Shown here one piece after another: positions 23,806-36,230 of a DNA stretch of 64,000 nt. The notes below the pieces were generated by a model. The model saw only the letters and a list, made by a program, of their open reading frames with translations, was not told the DNA's origin and ran no database searches. How positions within the stretch are numbered: the stretch's first letter is position 1; each line of letters opens with the position of its first letter. The position numbers and the translations under genes are program-made. Source of the stretch: Tubulanus polymorphus (taxonomy: Eukaryota; Animalia; Nemertea); contig NC_134025.1 of assembly GCF_964204645.1 (NCBI RefSeq), forward strand, positions 21,365,101-21,429,100. The letters run 5' to 3'.

Positions 23806-24167
23806 TTTAACAACACTAAATGTCACTGATAATTGTTATACATATTTCATCTATATTTCGTATTTCTTTATTGTTTTATGTCTCCATCTTATTACTCATT
23901 GTCCTCTGAGACTGTTTGTCTGTGTCAGAATGTGTTAATTGTTGTTTGTCTCACTGTCATGTCACTACTCGTCACCTTTGTTTTTGTATCATTTTCCATG
24001 TCTCAACCTGTCTGAATCTGTGTGATATAAATAGCTATGTGTAAAAATAAAGTCAGTTCCAGTTTTGGTATTCCAAACTGATAGTTCGCTCGTTACTCTT
24101 TCTCTCTGTTCCGGATTTCCGACGTCGACCATTCTTCGAGAATAGGACAGAAAATAGCGTTGCTAAA
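23806..24167 (+). repeat. 3' LTR of mini element
   Basis: Copy of 22342-22703 with one G/T difference. Confidence 0.93.
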
Positions 24168-24194
24168 AACACAAACTCATAAGCATCGTTATCG

Positions 24195-24385
24195 TATTCA
24201 GTTTCACAATTCTGGACCCAGTTCAGCAGTTCTGGACTCACAGTTCCAAACCAAGTTCCACAGTTCCGGGCTCGGTTTAATAATTATGTATTAGACAATT
24301 CAGGATCCTGTTCCAAAATTCTGGTCTCAGTTCCACGGTTCAGGACTCAGTTCCACAGTTCTGGATCCAGTTTCACAGCTCATGG
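24195..24385. repeat. Degenerate ~20-bp tandem repeat (CAGTTCCACAGTTCTGGACT-like)
   Basis: About eight imperfect units. The unit resembles the MITE ends at 40457-40637. Confidence 0.6.
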
Positions 24386-25056
24386 TCAGCATTTAACCCT
24401 TGAGTTAAATTAGTGGAAATCAACAGAACCGACAACTAGTCAGCTACTGTACAGTTGTTTCAAAGAGTTGATTCCAGGCACCCTTATCGTATAGATACTA
24501 TAATGATAATTGGAACTGCATTTAAATAAAAAGTCCCACCAAAGAATATTATGCGACGAATGATTTATTAGAATAAAACCAACCAAGGGTTCTTTCTTCT
24601 ATCCCACTCCACCTGTACTCTGTATTTGTACCAAACATTGAAACCCTTCCCCTAACAGACGTATCTATCAATTGAACGCCCCTTGATGTCGAAAACACTA
24701 TAGAACCAACTCTTGGCTAACTGCCTTGACCTTCATTGTAGGGAAAGATATTTAAAGGACGAATGAAATATTCTAATCCGTGTCACTTTTAAGTAGATGG
24801 AAAAGTTCCACAATCGAATTTCATACGATAAGGTTTATTAAAAACAGAACCACGAAATTTCGGCTGTTGCCTGTAGCTATCATCAGATAAAATGAGACCA
24901 GAAAATGAAAAGACGAAAAACGCATAAACTCGCAGAAAAGTAGCCAGCCATATTTATCTGCAATAAAGTTGTCATTGACTAAGATTTTAATAGGTATCAT
25001 AAATGTCTTGCATATTCGCATTATATATATATTTATACTGTGTGCAATTTTCATAT

Positions 25057-28000
25057 TTATGCCGTGTAACAAGACGCAGATAACGTATTGCCACTTTTGG
25101 TACAAGTACATTGACTGTAGCCCGCAACATCCTTTTTAGTCTCCCCGACTGCGATAAACAAACCTCGGACAACGCATCCTAACAATAGAAAATAAGGAGA
25201 ATACCGTCATTCAAGACGTTGAGTTCGAATGAAAAGGAATAATTTTACAATCTATTATGATTTATCTTAATGAATTTTTGTAATTATCATTAGCTATCAA
25301 TGTAAAGAGATGAAAAAGGATCAATGTTACCAGTTGTTAGTTGGTAGCCCGACCTAGTACACTTCACTTCAGCTGTCGGTATCATGAATGTATCTCCGAT
25401 CTTCTTGGCAGTATTGTATCCGTCCAAACACGAAGGCGCTATAATTGATAATAACGAAATTATTTCTAGGAAATAGAATTTTGAATATGCCTAAGTAGAT
25501 AATTCGTGAATATTTGAAGTGATGGTAGAAATATGTAATCGTAATATAGCGGTGATAAAAGAGTCTCTGTAAATGAGCTTCTGATAGCTGAAACTAAGAA
25601 GCAAAAATACTTTGTTCATTTGATTCATTTGCTGCCTTATTTCAGCCGACAAGGCGGTCCATTTACCTAAACAGGTTCCACACATAACAGGACACTCAGC
25701 TTTTACCGAGGAATACGAACAGTACGATTTCGGCCAGAAGCTCCTTGTTGGAAGACCACACTTAGGAGGATCCGGTTTCGGACAAACGCCTTTGAAATAT
25801 ACGAAATTACGCAACATCTAATCATCCGTAAACAGAAGCAAGACTAGTTAGGAAAGAATTAGTGCTAAACTTGGTCCGGTGTGGTTACCTTTCGATTGTG
25901 TTGCTGTAGATGTATCGGCAGATGTACCACCAGTAGAACCACCAGTAGAACCACCAGTAGAACCACCAGTATTTGCTTCTCCTTCTGGTTGATTACTAAT
26001 ATCGCCAGCTACGTGATACATAAAAATCTACAGATTAATATTCTAACTTTAACATCATTATAATACCTCCCTCGCCCTTCAACTCAATTCACAAGATCAC
26101 CATACCTGGGCATGTATTACACATTATCGGACAATACTCCATGGGGACATTTGAATACTTGGCGCAGTAATCTTTACCCCATTTGCCGCCTTGCGTCGCA
26201 CATATTGACTGATCTCTAGCTTCGGAGCAAACAACTGAAGTAACAGGAAATTCCGGTGATTCATTCTCGATGAAAACCACCTGATTGGGTTAATTTACAA
26301 TCTCTAAAAGCCCGTGCACGCACATCTCTTCCACATTCTCGTGGATCAAATGGTCGTTAAAAAAAGTCTTATTTGTTTCACTTACTTCCACAATCTGGTT
26401 TTCGGAACCAGTTTTGCTTGTAACACCTGCATTGACATGTATTCGGGTCCATAGTAGCCCCATTGAGACAGATCCTATCTTTACAATCTGCGTAAATGGA
26501 AATTTATTGGAGTATGTTATATAGTTTATCACTGAACCGAACCCACCATAGACCCAACCTTACCACATAAACCATTTGCATCTTTTGTATCGGGACATTT
26601 TGAGCCTTGTGTACCCTCTTCGTATGGCTTCCTAGAGTCTCCCGAATTACCACTATTACAAATATAAATGTGCATAATTGAAGCATCATTTAATAACCAA
26701 CATAAACTTGATTATTGATTGTACATAATAAAGACTTGATGTCAACACTGGTCACCGTAGATCACTTACGCTGGTCCATAGTTGCATACGTATAAACGAC
26801 CACTTTGACATTCAGCGTAACCGCAACCAACTCTTGTAGATGTCGCCCAAACTACCTATAATATGTACAATGTGATTACAATGTCCGTCCATTTCAATGA
26901 TGAATTACTGCCAATTTCTACTCTTACATTGCGGTTTAAACTTTGGTTATACTCCGTATAGGTATAGGCCTACCTGTGTGTAATGACCGACATCACCGCC
27001 CGTTGAACCAACACCGTACTTGAAATCTTTTTCTTCATTAAACCAGCCGTCAATGGCTTGTGTCCAGTCACTCTGCCCCAAAGCCAAATTCTGTCCGAGT
27101 GTCAATCGTCCTAAAATATTAACACTAAAACTTAACACACAAACACTTGGCAAAAGAAACGATGCACCGAACACGCAACCGCGTTAGTCAGGAAAACTTC
27201 GAAAAGGTTCATTCAATTCATAAAAATCATTCTCTCACTTTCTTTGCTTTTCCAACTCTTGTTATATTATTCTAATATCTATCATAATCAAAGAAACTGT
27301 ACCTGGAATATTTCTATTTTGGTTAGTATCGTGCGCAAATTTACACGAGTCGGCAAGTTTCTGGGCGATCATCGCAGCTTCTTTATCCCAGTACTACATC
27401 AAAATTTGACAAGATTGAATATATTGAGTTTTCTATTGATTTGTCCGCACGCATGCAAATAAAACGTACCAATTTCATCATGTTCGTGGCAGCTGGTTGG
27501 CCATAATCCGTCAGATGGCCTCGTAGGTAGTTGTGTCGGGACAATATGACTTGTTCATCGTGTGCAGAAACACCTGATGAACAAAAGAATAATTCAAAAA
27601 AAATTCGAATATTACGAAAAACCAAACGCAATAGATTGCTGATAAATCACTACTTACCCCGTTTTGATAAGTGCAATGGATTGGTCGGTTTACATGCCGT
27701 ATGATCTGTACTTATGGAAGAAAATATTGTTGCGCACGTCGCCTGCATAAATTAATGCAAAAACCATCGTGCAACCAGTGAATTATAACAGGACGCCTAA
27801 ACAAGATTTAGGAGCTATAAGCACTGCCAATAACGTATGATGACTGATATGGAACGATGTTAACAATTCTGAACTGTCCTACGTATGCTGATGGATTCAC
27901 AAATTTGTAAATGCCAAAACATGTTCATACCGCAAGCAAGGCCGTACAAATTTGTTCAATTAATGTTGCATAGACGAAAACCGTCTTTCTTCAAACGATT

Positions 28001-28646
28001 TATTGTTGTTATTTTATTTGACAATGATTTAGATAAAAAGTAATAGGAATTTGGCAAAATAGTAATAATGATGATACTGCTCTTTTTGTGTTACGAATGT
28101 ACCGGGGATATAATGTTTATCTATTGTTTATTTCTGGTGATGGAAATAACATTGGGGTATTTTTGGTGTCTCGTAACTGAATTGTATTGTATCCGGTTTT
28201 TAAAATGAAATTCCAGTAAATCAGATGTCCTCAGTCGGAGTGATATCACCACCGAAAATATCGAAATAAAAATAAATGTATTTGAATCATAATGATTTGA
28301 TTATCTCGATGGCAAGCTTTCACCGATTCGTCAGAAAATAATGCGATAAAATACACAAAACGGTACATATCCAATGAAATGATATGAAAATGCTTTATCT
28401 ATTTTTGTAGTTTTTTATATTTGCAATCGTAAAAAAACTTACGCTGCGTTTGACCCTTGTATTTGCGGTAAAAACTGGAATTAAAGATTATCAAGCGATC
28501 AAATGAACTCTATCAAAACCGTATAGTAATATGAACTCGCCAACTCATGCAAAAAGAAATAGAAAACATCGAGAAAAGTAAGTCGGTTACTTACCACACG
28601 TTGCTAATTGTAACAAGAGACACAACGAAATTAAAGCAGCCCACAT
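25057..28646 (-). CDS. CAP/CRISP-like secreted protein B (14 exons): SP, RVKR, CAP, Cys hinge, ShKT, GGST linker, ShKT, Cys-rich beta domain
   Basis: Exon 1 28646-28595 MWAALISLCLLLQLATC; exon 2 28474-28443 FTANTRVKRS. Further exons at ~27660-27745, 27470-27573 (HNYLR..NMMKL), 27303-27395, 26974-27110 (GQNL..WFNE..GHYTQ), 26769-26855 (VVWA..VGCG..YVCNYGPA), 26564-26652, 26386-26487, 26107-26235, 25888-26008, 25667-25789, 25331-25438, 25057-25178. GT/AG boundaries where checked. Confidence 0.88.
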
Positions 28647-28698
28647 CGTACCCCAGGTTAGCTGATATTGCAATTGCACTCGAAACCTGGTTAATCAC

Positions 28699-28708
28699 TT
28701 TATATAGC
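28699..28708 (-). promoter_or_regulatory. TATA box of CAP gene B
   Basis: GCTATATAAAG ~55 nt upstream of the ATG. The position is conserved in paralogs (~41733, ~49353, ~59888). Confidence 0.6.
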
Positions 28709-30378
28709 TTGTCAGAGCCGCAAATAATCAAAACTTGTACCAATCACTGAACTGTATAGTTGCGATGGCCAATAAGCGGTGACTATATTTGCCAAAGCAC
28801 ATGTTTAGATGCAAAACGCAATAGAACTTACAGCAGACCACTCTAGCTAGTCACGCAAGCTAAAACTATTTATTTCTGAGTCGTTTGATATCATTCTAAA
28901 AGGAATTACGTTTAATGATATTCCGAAACACAAATGTGATTCCCTGAGTGAGATTTTAAACGTACAGTTTATTACCAGCGTTCACAAATGCAACAGCTTG
29001 ATTTGTTCAATACGTTGCAAGTCATCGTTTATGTGTGAAGCACATCTTGACAAAATAGCTAAAAAGATTTGTTTCTAGAACTATGTTTGATGAAGTTCTT
29101 TATCTTCTGGATTTAAACTTTTTTTTCGATAAAATCATTCTGATTCATTTTCATAACCCCTGCTGCGACCAAAGGCCCGAGGCTTCCAATGTTGTCCATC
29201 TATCGGCTATCCGTGTTGTCAAATGGGATTCCTAGGGAATGACTCCTGGGCGAATAAGGGTGTGATTCATTAGACGGGATTCCCGCATAAAAACCTCACA
29301 AACCCTTTTTTCACACGAATCCCTTCATATAAATCCCACATATGATACTAATTTCCTGCACACCTTTTTGAAAACATCGCTGCTATTAACAGGCTTCAAT
29401 GTTGGTTTTCCAAACCAGTTTATATTTTCTTGTCGTTAAGTATCTCAACAACTGGGACTCGTAAACAGCCTGCATGCTGTTTAGCATGGATCCTTCTTAT
29501 GAATCGGCGCGCATTTTGAGAACGTCGGTTTGTTACCAGCCGACGAATGACTTGAATTCTACAACAGACATTGCAAGTATTTGCTCGGGGAAAACATAAC
29601 TGTTCCAAATTCTGGGAGCATCACAAGAAAAGGTACGTCCACCAAAGGTTGTAAGATTGAAAGCCGGTTCCAAAAGTGTTTGTTTCACGCGTTTCCAAAG
29701 AAATGAATTTACCGCAAGTTTCTATCTTTCAAATCGATGAGTGCCTTGACGTAAACTTACTTTTACCGTATTCAAATACAAAATATCAAGTTTACAGTCA
29801 TTCTGGCTCGAGGTGACAAATTATCAATAGATTATTACATATTATATATTATGTATGTACATTATTGTTAATTATTCTTCATTACATCACATCACATCAC
29901 ATCACATCAACATTGTGCAAAATTGTTTAACACACCGGGGGGCTGGCTGACTACCGGGGGTACAGAAAGCTTTTTACAATAGCTCGCAACTGGCTATTTA
30001 TGAAATTGACATAATAAGGCTACTAGTTCATGGGGTGGTGGTGATAAGCGTGCGAGATGTGCCATCTTGCGACCAACATTATTTTACAATATTTACTGCG
30101 AGTATGCGCAATGGTGGCAATGGGAATAGGGTGATTTAAAATTTCAAATGTCACAGCAATAAATCTTGCTTAAAAACAAAGGCCTATTATCTAGGCCAAT
30201 GTTTAAGCTATATTCATGGTTGTGACTATATACATATGCACACTAATCATGGTGTGTATGATTTGACCCCATTCGTATCTACCGACCACAGCGATGTGTA
30301 GCGAGAAGAGAATAAATAAGGGGTTGAGATCACCGTCTTAGGAGAAAGTCGGTATCAAGCGACACTGAACTATCGCTT

Positions 30379-31135
30379 TAAATAAAGAAGTTTTCAGTTT
30401 CCAGGCGCCATTTTGTGGCGGTCCCTCGAGGTTTGAAATTATTGATATTGCTTCATATGGTTATATATTACCAAAAATACATAAAGAGGATGTTCATGTA
30501 TTTTTGGTATTACCTTTATTCTATTTTATTATGCTACAAAACTCGAATTCCTCAAAACGCACGAAGTCCATTTTTAATCATACGAAAATAAAGGTAATAT
30601 ATAACCATATGGAGCAATATTAATAATAATTTCAAACCAGTGTAAGATTTTTATTTTTGCGATTTCCTTTCGCAAATTTCATTGTTCAGTGAAATTGCGA
30701 TGCGCAGTGGGAGACCCCTTCGGCGCGTAATCTCAGACTCAAGCGGTTGCAGATCAGTCATCAGGAAAGATATTCAAAAACTGCAAATAACCCTCTTTAA
30801 CCTCTGTTAAAATTGGAAATATAGATTAAACATATACTTAGATATTTCAAAATTAACAAATATCGCGATTTTTTTTACGCGTGGTTAAGATATATTTCAC
30901 ATCGTCACTGCTCTCAATTGTTGCGTTAAAAAAATCCAAGAATCACCAGCAAATATCTGCATTTCATTTCTTTTAAAATGGTGTATAAATTAAATTCGTC
31001 GAGTAAGGGACTGCAGAACGATATGATATTCAATCTAAACTTATGTTTTAAAAATGAGCGCAAATTATCGCAACAATGGGGACCTTGAAGGGCCGCCACA
31101 CAATGGCGCCTAGAAACTGGAAACTTCTTTATTAA
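30379..31135. mobile_element. Non-autonomous TIR element, ~750 bp
   Basis: ~55-bp imperfect TIRs (ATAAAGAAGTTTTCAGTTTCCAGGCGCCATTTTGTGGCGG / CCGCCACACAATGGCGCCTAGAAACTGGAAACTTCTTTAT), with a second inverted-repeat pair nested at ~30440-30630. Confidence 0.65.
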
Positions 31136-31273
31136 CGACATAGTTTTTTCACTTAGTTCACGGCTCAAAAGTTGATAGGCATTTTTGGGTTCAAGTCCAG
31201 TATAGCGTGGAATAGTTCCCCGCTCAAAGATACATTTTTAGAAAAGGAGTAATTCGGCTTCGTACTTTTCAAG

Positions 31274-31377
31274 ACAAACCGACATACCGACAAACCGACA
31301 TACCGACAAACCGACATACCGACAAACCGACGAACCGACAAACCGACGAACCGACGAACCGACAAACCGACATACCG
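31274..31377. repeat. 8-bp tandem array (CCGACAAA/CCGACATA/CCGACGAA)
   Basis: About 13 units read directly. Confidence 0.9.
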
Positions 31378-32486
31378 TAAAATGTAAACATCCAGGTCTA
31401 CCAACCTCGCCCCCTAAAAAAATTGATCTAGGTCTAATGAATAATTAATCTTAAAGCTACGGTAACACATTTCTGAGACACCCTGTTGTGTAAAACACAT
31501 ACGAACAAAGCGACTTGGAATGAAACATCCGTCTGTTTCCCATAACATCCGGTTAATAATACCTATTTTTAAGTGGCTTATCTCTTTATTTTTAACAAAA
31601 AATTCCAGCTTTTGAAACAAAAATATAAAAGAGTATTTATGAATTCAAATCCGATGCGTGTTTAATTTCGATGTGTGCTTAATGTAGATTTGTAAAAATA
31701 CATCTTTGCATACATACATACATGTATACCATTTATCATCATTACCACAACGAATGAATTATTTTTCAATGTGTAAAATGATTGGGAAATGATTTTTTAA
31801 ATCTGCAAGGAATGTTTGTAAAGTTTTTCACTTTGATATCCGCCGTTCCTCGCCTTGCTTCGTTTCTTGCTGGTTCGATGGTTTCGCTTCTACACGTAAA
31901 CACAGCTACATTTTCGCCAAACATCTACTTTTTAAGAGCCCGTTTTATCAAAATCACCAGTGGGGGCAACATCCAAAACGTATCATGCAGGTCGCTGATA
32001 ACGCTTACAATTATGTACCGGCGGTTCCATCGCACGGTCGTTTCTATTGCCGCGTTCACAGAAAACGACCATATCATATACTACGTTCGGAAAAATCTGT
32101 AACGCCCACCCACTCGCCATGCCGCTTACCGACGCCCGCGCGCAACTTACCCCGATCGAGGTGAGAGCGAAAGAAGACGTTCGCGCGTACGTCGATCCGA
32201 CGGACAGCGGAAAATTTGCGATCAATTGTTTAATATGACAGCGATCAAGAAATCAAAAAGACGTGGGCCCAAGTTCGATATACTGCATTATGGCGCGACG
32301 TATGGAGTTATTTTTTGAGTAAATCGGGGAATTAATGCTGGAATATAAAAGCTGGAATATAACAGCGTAGTAATATGGAACCAAAGGTAGTCCCATGAAA
32401 TAGCACCATTGGGGTTCAAGTCCAGTATAGCGTGGAATAGTTCCCCGCTCAAAGATACATTTATAGAAAAGGAGCAATTCGGCTGC

Positions 32487-32695
32487 GACCGATTTTACTC
32501 GTCGACAATGTCTACAACCCCGATTGTCGACCGATTCTACTCGTCGACAATGTCTACAACCCCGATTGTCGACCGATTCTACTCGTCGACAATGTCTACA
32601 ATCCTGATTGTCGACCGATTCTACTCGTCGACAATGTCTACAACCCCGATTGTCGACCGATTCTACTCGTCGACAATGTCTACAATCCTGATTGT
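32487..32695. repeat. 42-bp tandem array, ~5 copies, with internal palindrome
   Basis: Unit GACCGATTCTACTCGTCGACAATGTCTACAACCCCGATTGTC; GTCGACAAT pairs with ATTGTCGAC. Confidence 0.92.
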
Positions 32696-32714
32696 GAAAA
32701 TCAACTGATGGAAG

Positions 32715-33011
32715 CACACAGCTCCTCGATCCCAGCCACTTTATATAAGGGTAATCCACGCACACAATCCACGCACACACGCGGCCCCTCGATCCTAGCC
32801 ACTCTATATAAGGGTAATCCACGCACACACCACCCCTCGATCCCAGCCACTTTATATAAGGGTGATCCACGCACACACGCGGCTCCTCGATCCCAGCCAC
32901 TCTATATAAGGGTGATCCACGCACACACACAGCCCCTCGATCCCAGCCACTCTATATAAGGGTAATCCACGCACACACGCAGCCCCTCGATCCAGCCACG
33001 GGTAATCCACG
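32715..33011. repeat. ~51-bp tandem array, ~5.5 copies
   Basis: Unit CCCTCGATCCCAGCCACTCTATATAAGGGTAATCCACGCACACACGC. Confidence 0.92.
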
Positions 33012-33019
33012 GAAAAACC

Positions 33020-33475
33020 TGTGCGTACTGCTCTTTTTGTTATACGAATGTACGGGGAATTTATTTTTGACTCTAATACGTTATTGGTCATGGTAATAGT
33101 GATATTGGTCTTTTTGGTGTCTTGGAATTGTTTTTTCAACAATTTAAATGATCAAAATCAGACGATCTCAAGCGGAATGAAATGACCACCGAATTTAGCA
33201 GTATCAAATCGAATGCATTTGGATCATATTTCATTTGATAACTGATGACCAGTTTTAACCGATTCGTGAGAAAGTTATGCAGTAACAAATACACAAAACG
33301 GTTGAGATGCAATGAAATGATATGAAAATGCTCTAGAAATTTGTAGTTTTGGAATCGTGCAAAAAAACTTACGCTGCGTTTGACCCTTATATTCGCGGTA
33401 AAAGCTGAAATTAGAGATTATCATCAGCTCAAATGAACTTTATCGAAGCCAAAAGTATCACGAAATCTGTTGAAA
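33020..33475 (-). pseudogene. Orphan CAP-gene fragment (exon 2 with flanking introns)
   Basis: Close match to ~48750-49200; contains exon AFTANIRVKRS (~33373-33404). No neighbouring exons found. Confidence 0.75.
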
Positions 33476-33965
33476 AAAGTTTACGCAGAATACTGTGTAA
33501 ATAAGGACGCATGGAGAGCTCATACTCTCTTCCTGATATCTATTTTATGATCGAAATCTAAGCAATACATTTATGAAAAACTTACGTACACGAAATAGAG
33601 TGAAAGGAAAAATATTTAGAAATATGTCAGGCGAATATGATACGTAAAACCGTGTCAACAATAGATAGATGAAAAATCCACAATCGAATTTCAAATGATC
33701 CAGTTGACATACGAGTAGTGATAATGTTATTATTCTTTATTTACGAATTAAATTACATTAGAAAATTACAGATAATAATATGGTAATGTAATATAAGTCG
33801 ATGGATACCAGAAATTAAAAACTTGTAACCATAAAACATGGCCCTAGCACCCATGGCAATGACACACGCATGCACACGCACACACATGCACACAACCTTT
33901 CACCAAACTATCGCACTTGTATGGTGGCTGATAAGGGCCATAGCGTAAAATTCCTGGTATGTAAA

Positions 33966-34220
33966 TGAGGGCGCCAGAACGCCAGGACGCCAAAACGAAA
34001 AAAAAACGTCAAATTTTCTCTAAAAGTTCGTTTTGGCGCGCCAAAACAAAGAAAATTCCGTTTTGGCGCCCCGCCAAAACGAACTTTCATTTTGGCGCCC
34101 CCGCCAAAACGAACTTTCGTTTTGGCGCCCCCGCCAAAACAACGAAAAACGTCCAATTTTCTCTGAAAGTTCGTTTTGGCGCGCCAAAACGGAGAAAATT
34201 CCGTTTTGGCGCCCCCGCCA
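33966..34220. repeat. Palindromic TTTTGGCG(C)nGCCAAAA repeat array
   Basis: About six self-complementary units. A shorter copy with the same leader lies at ~42845-42990. Confidence 0.8.
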
Positions 34221-34379
34221 ACGTCTTTACTGAAAACTTACTTCTTCGAGTTTGAATTCGATAGATTTCCATATTGTTTCAGCTACGAGTTCGATAATTG
34301 TGAATTTCATATCGAAATTGAAAATAATTATCAAAAGAATCAGGTAGCATGGATTTGTTATAATTAAACACAAAGCATC

Positions 34380-36230
34380 CTAACTGTAATTTGTTTATTT
34401 CTCTGATTCTTAGTATTTTCTGTCTTTTAAAAAGTGGCTCAGTGTGTTCTAAATAATTCGAATTTGTTATTATTCGAACCGCACGCTTTTGAAGAGCAAT
34501 AAGGAATTTAACTAAACATTACGATTTTGAGCCCAAACTATGTTGCAATAATTGAGATACGGTTCCACTAAACTGAAATATAATTGAATAAGATTTTTCT
34601 CCGGTAAAAATCGTTTTAATCTATTTAACATACTGATACTCCTAGATACTTTACGTTGAACATCATGTGATTAATCTATGTTAATTTATCGTCAATATTT
34701 ATACCCAAAAAGTTTGTGCTGTGAACTTGATCGATATTAACCCTAAGATACCACAAGTATCATATGATACGTCCATTTTGCCCAAAAATTTTTTTTTCTT
34801 CAGCAAAATCACATATCTATGAATTATGTTCAAAAAGGTGCCTCAAAGACCGGTTGTATCATTACTGATACAGATAAGTGCTTCCCTCTATCTAGTCATT
34901 TGTGAACTAAATCCAAAAATGGTAACTTTCTGTCTGCTTGAATGATCATAAGATAAAGTCAAAAGTTTTCGGTCACACTAAGAAACGACGTGAGTTTACA
35001 TATAAATCTAAGCATTATTTCAATCAATAAAAGTATGGAGAATACTAGGGAATGATGTATTGTATATTGCAACGATTTTACAACTGAGTACAGGAGACTT
35101 TTAAGCGTCCGCAAAAAAAAATTTGTAACGTTTGTGATTTTTTTATTACATGGCCCGAATCAGCCACCATAGAATCATAACATGTTGTATCAGATATGAT
35201 ACAGTCGGTATATTTGTCAACAATTTACAAAAAAATAAAGATTGATTTTTGAAATGGATTGTTTATTTCAGGACATTCTACTATCGCATCTATTGTAATA
35301 AAATCAGTTTTGACGAACTTGATTGAATTTTGGACATTCTTTCATTTTCTTACGTGAAATGCTCCAAATGCAAGGTCCACCTATGCCTCAATAAGGACAG
35401 AAACTGCTTTTTAGCTTATCACAAGTGAAAATCCTGTATCCAATTAAAGTACTTAATAAAGAAAAACTTTATTTGAATCTGAAAATTTTTATTTAATTTT
35501 GTCAAGTAAAACCGGTTGTATCAGATCTGCTACAGGACATAATTTTGGGGGAAATTTGGCCCAGTCAATTTTTAAGACATTTCTCTTCAAATGACACCTT
35601 ACTGAATATAGAAATATGAGTGACATAATTTTAAGATGCTGGCTTCATAGTTTAGGCTTCTTAGGGTTAATTCCGCTAATTTTAATCGAAGTGTTAAGTG
35701 GTAGTTTCGATCCAAATACCATGCAATGAGTTTTAGGCAAATTTAAGGATGATTTATTAGCGTGAAGCCACGTGGCTAGTTTATCAATTTCGCTAGATAC
35801 GGTCGGATCAAGTTGATTAATATCGGAGCCACTCGCAAAGACATTTGTGTCATCTGCAAAAACGTAAATTTCAAAATTTTGCTGACATTAATGCAGTCAT
35901 TGATGTAGATTATAAAAAGCAATGGTCCCAAAATTGAACCTTGAGGCACACCAGTAGATATATTCAAAAGTCATGATTTAAAATTACCAATTTGAACTGT
36001 TTGTTGTCTGTTTTCCAAATGATTTATAAAACAGCATAAAGCTTGACCTTTAATTCCATAAAAATCCAATTTTGACAATAATATTTCGTGATCGACTGTA
36101 TCAAAAGCGTTTGACAAATCCAGATAAACACCGATAGTGGGATTTTTATTTTCAAGATTGTAAGAAATTTCTTCATAGATTTTGATAAGTGCCATGGTAG
36201 AGGAATGATTCTTCCTACTTCTAATGATAG
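34380..36230 (-). mobile_element. Decayed LINE RT fragment (CR1/L2-like), split by a piggyBac-like MITE
   Basis: YLDLSNAFDTVDH, GVPQGSILGPLLF.IYIND, frameshifted FADDT. The frame resumes beyond the MITE (NIDQVHSTNFLGI at ~34740-34700). The low-coordinate boundary is approximate. Confidence 0.82.
34741..35666. mobile_element. piggyBac-like non-autonomous element, 926 bp
   Basis: TTAA|CCCTAAGA ... TCTTAGGG|TTAA, with subterminal repeated GTATCA..GATAC motifs. Confidence 0.8.

Larger units (their letters stand above)
22342..24167 (+). mobile_element. Non-autonomous mini LTR retroelement, 1,826 bp, with TTTA...TAAA termini and one intact ORF
   Basis: 362-bp direct repeats with one mismatch, TSD AACA (22338-22341 / 24168-24171), PBS TGGTGTTAGAA (22705), PPT GTGGGGGAGGA (23795-23805). 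Confidence 0.92.

Noticed and set aside
22369-24015. Two identical 60-aa hydrophobic ORFs (22369-22551, 23833-24015)
   Set aside because: They lie in the T-rich U3 part of the LTRs and start with TTG; their identity reflects LTR duplication.
22342-24167. Mini element as a simple tandem duplication or DIRS-type element
   Set aside because: The TSD, PBS, PPT and terminal inverted repeats fit integrase-mediated LTR insertion; there are no split or inverted repeats and no tyrosine recombinase.
32487-33011. Palindromic 42-bp and 51-bp arrays as a CRISPR array
   Set aside because: The units are head-to-tail copies without unique spacers, there are no cas genes, and the context is eukaryotic.
32253-34367. 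Repetitive ORFs (CRHCRRVESVD, FWRPRQN)
   Set aside because: Open frames generated by tandem arrays; no independent coding evidence.
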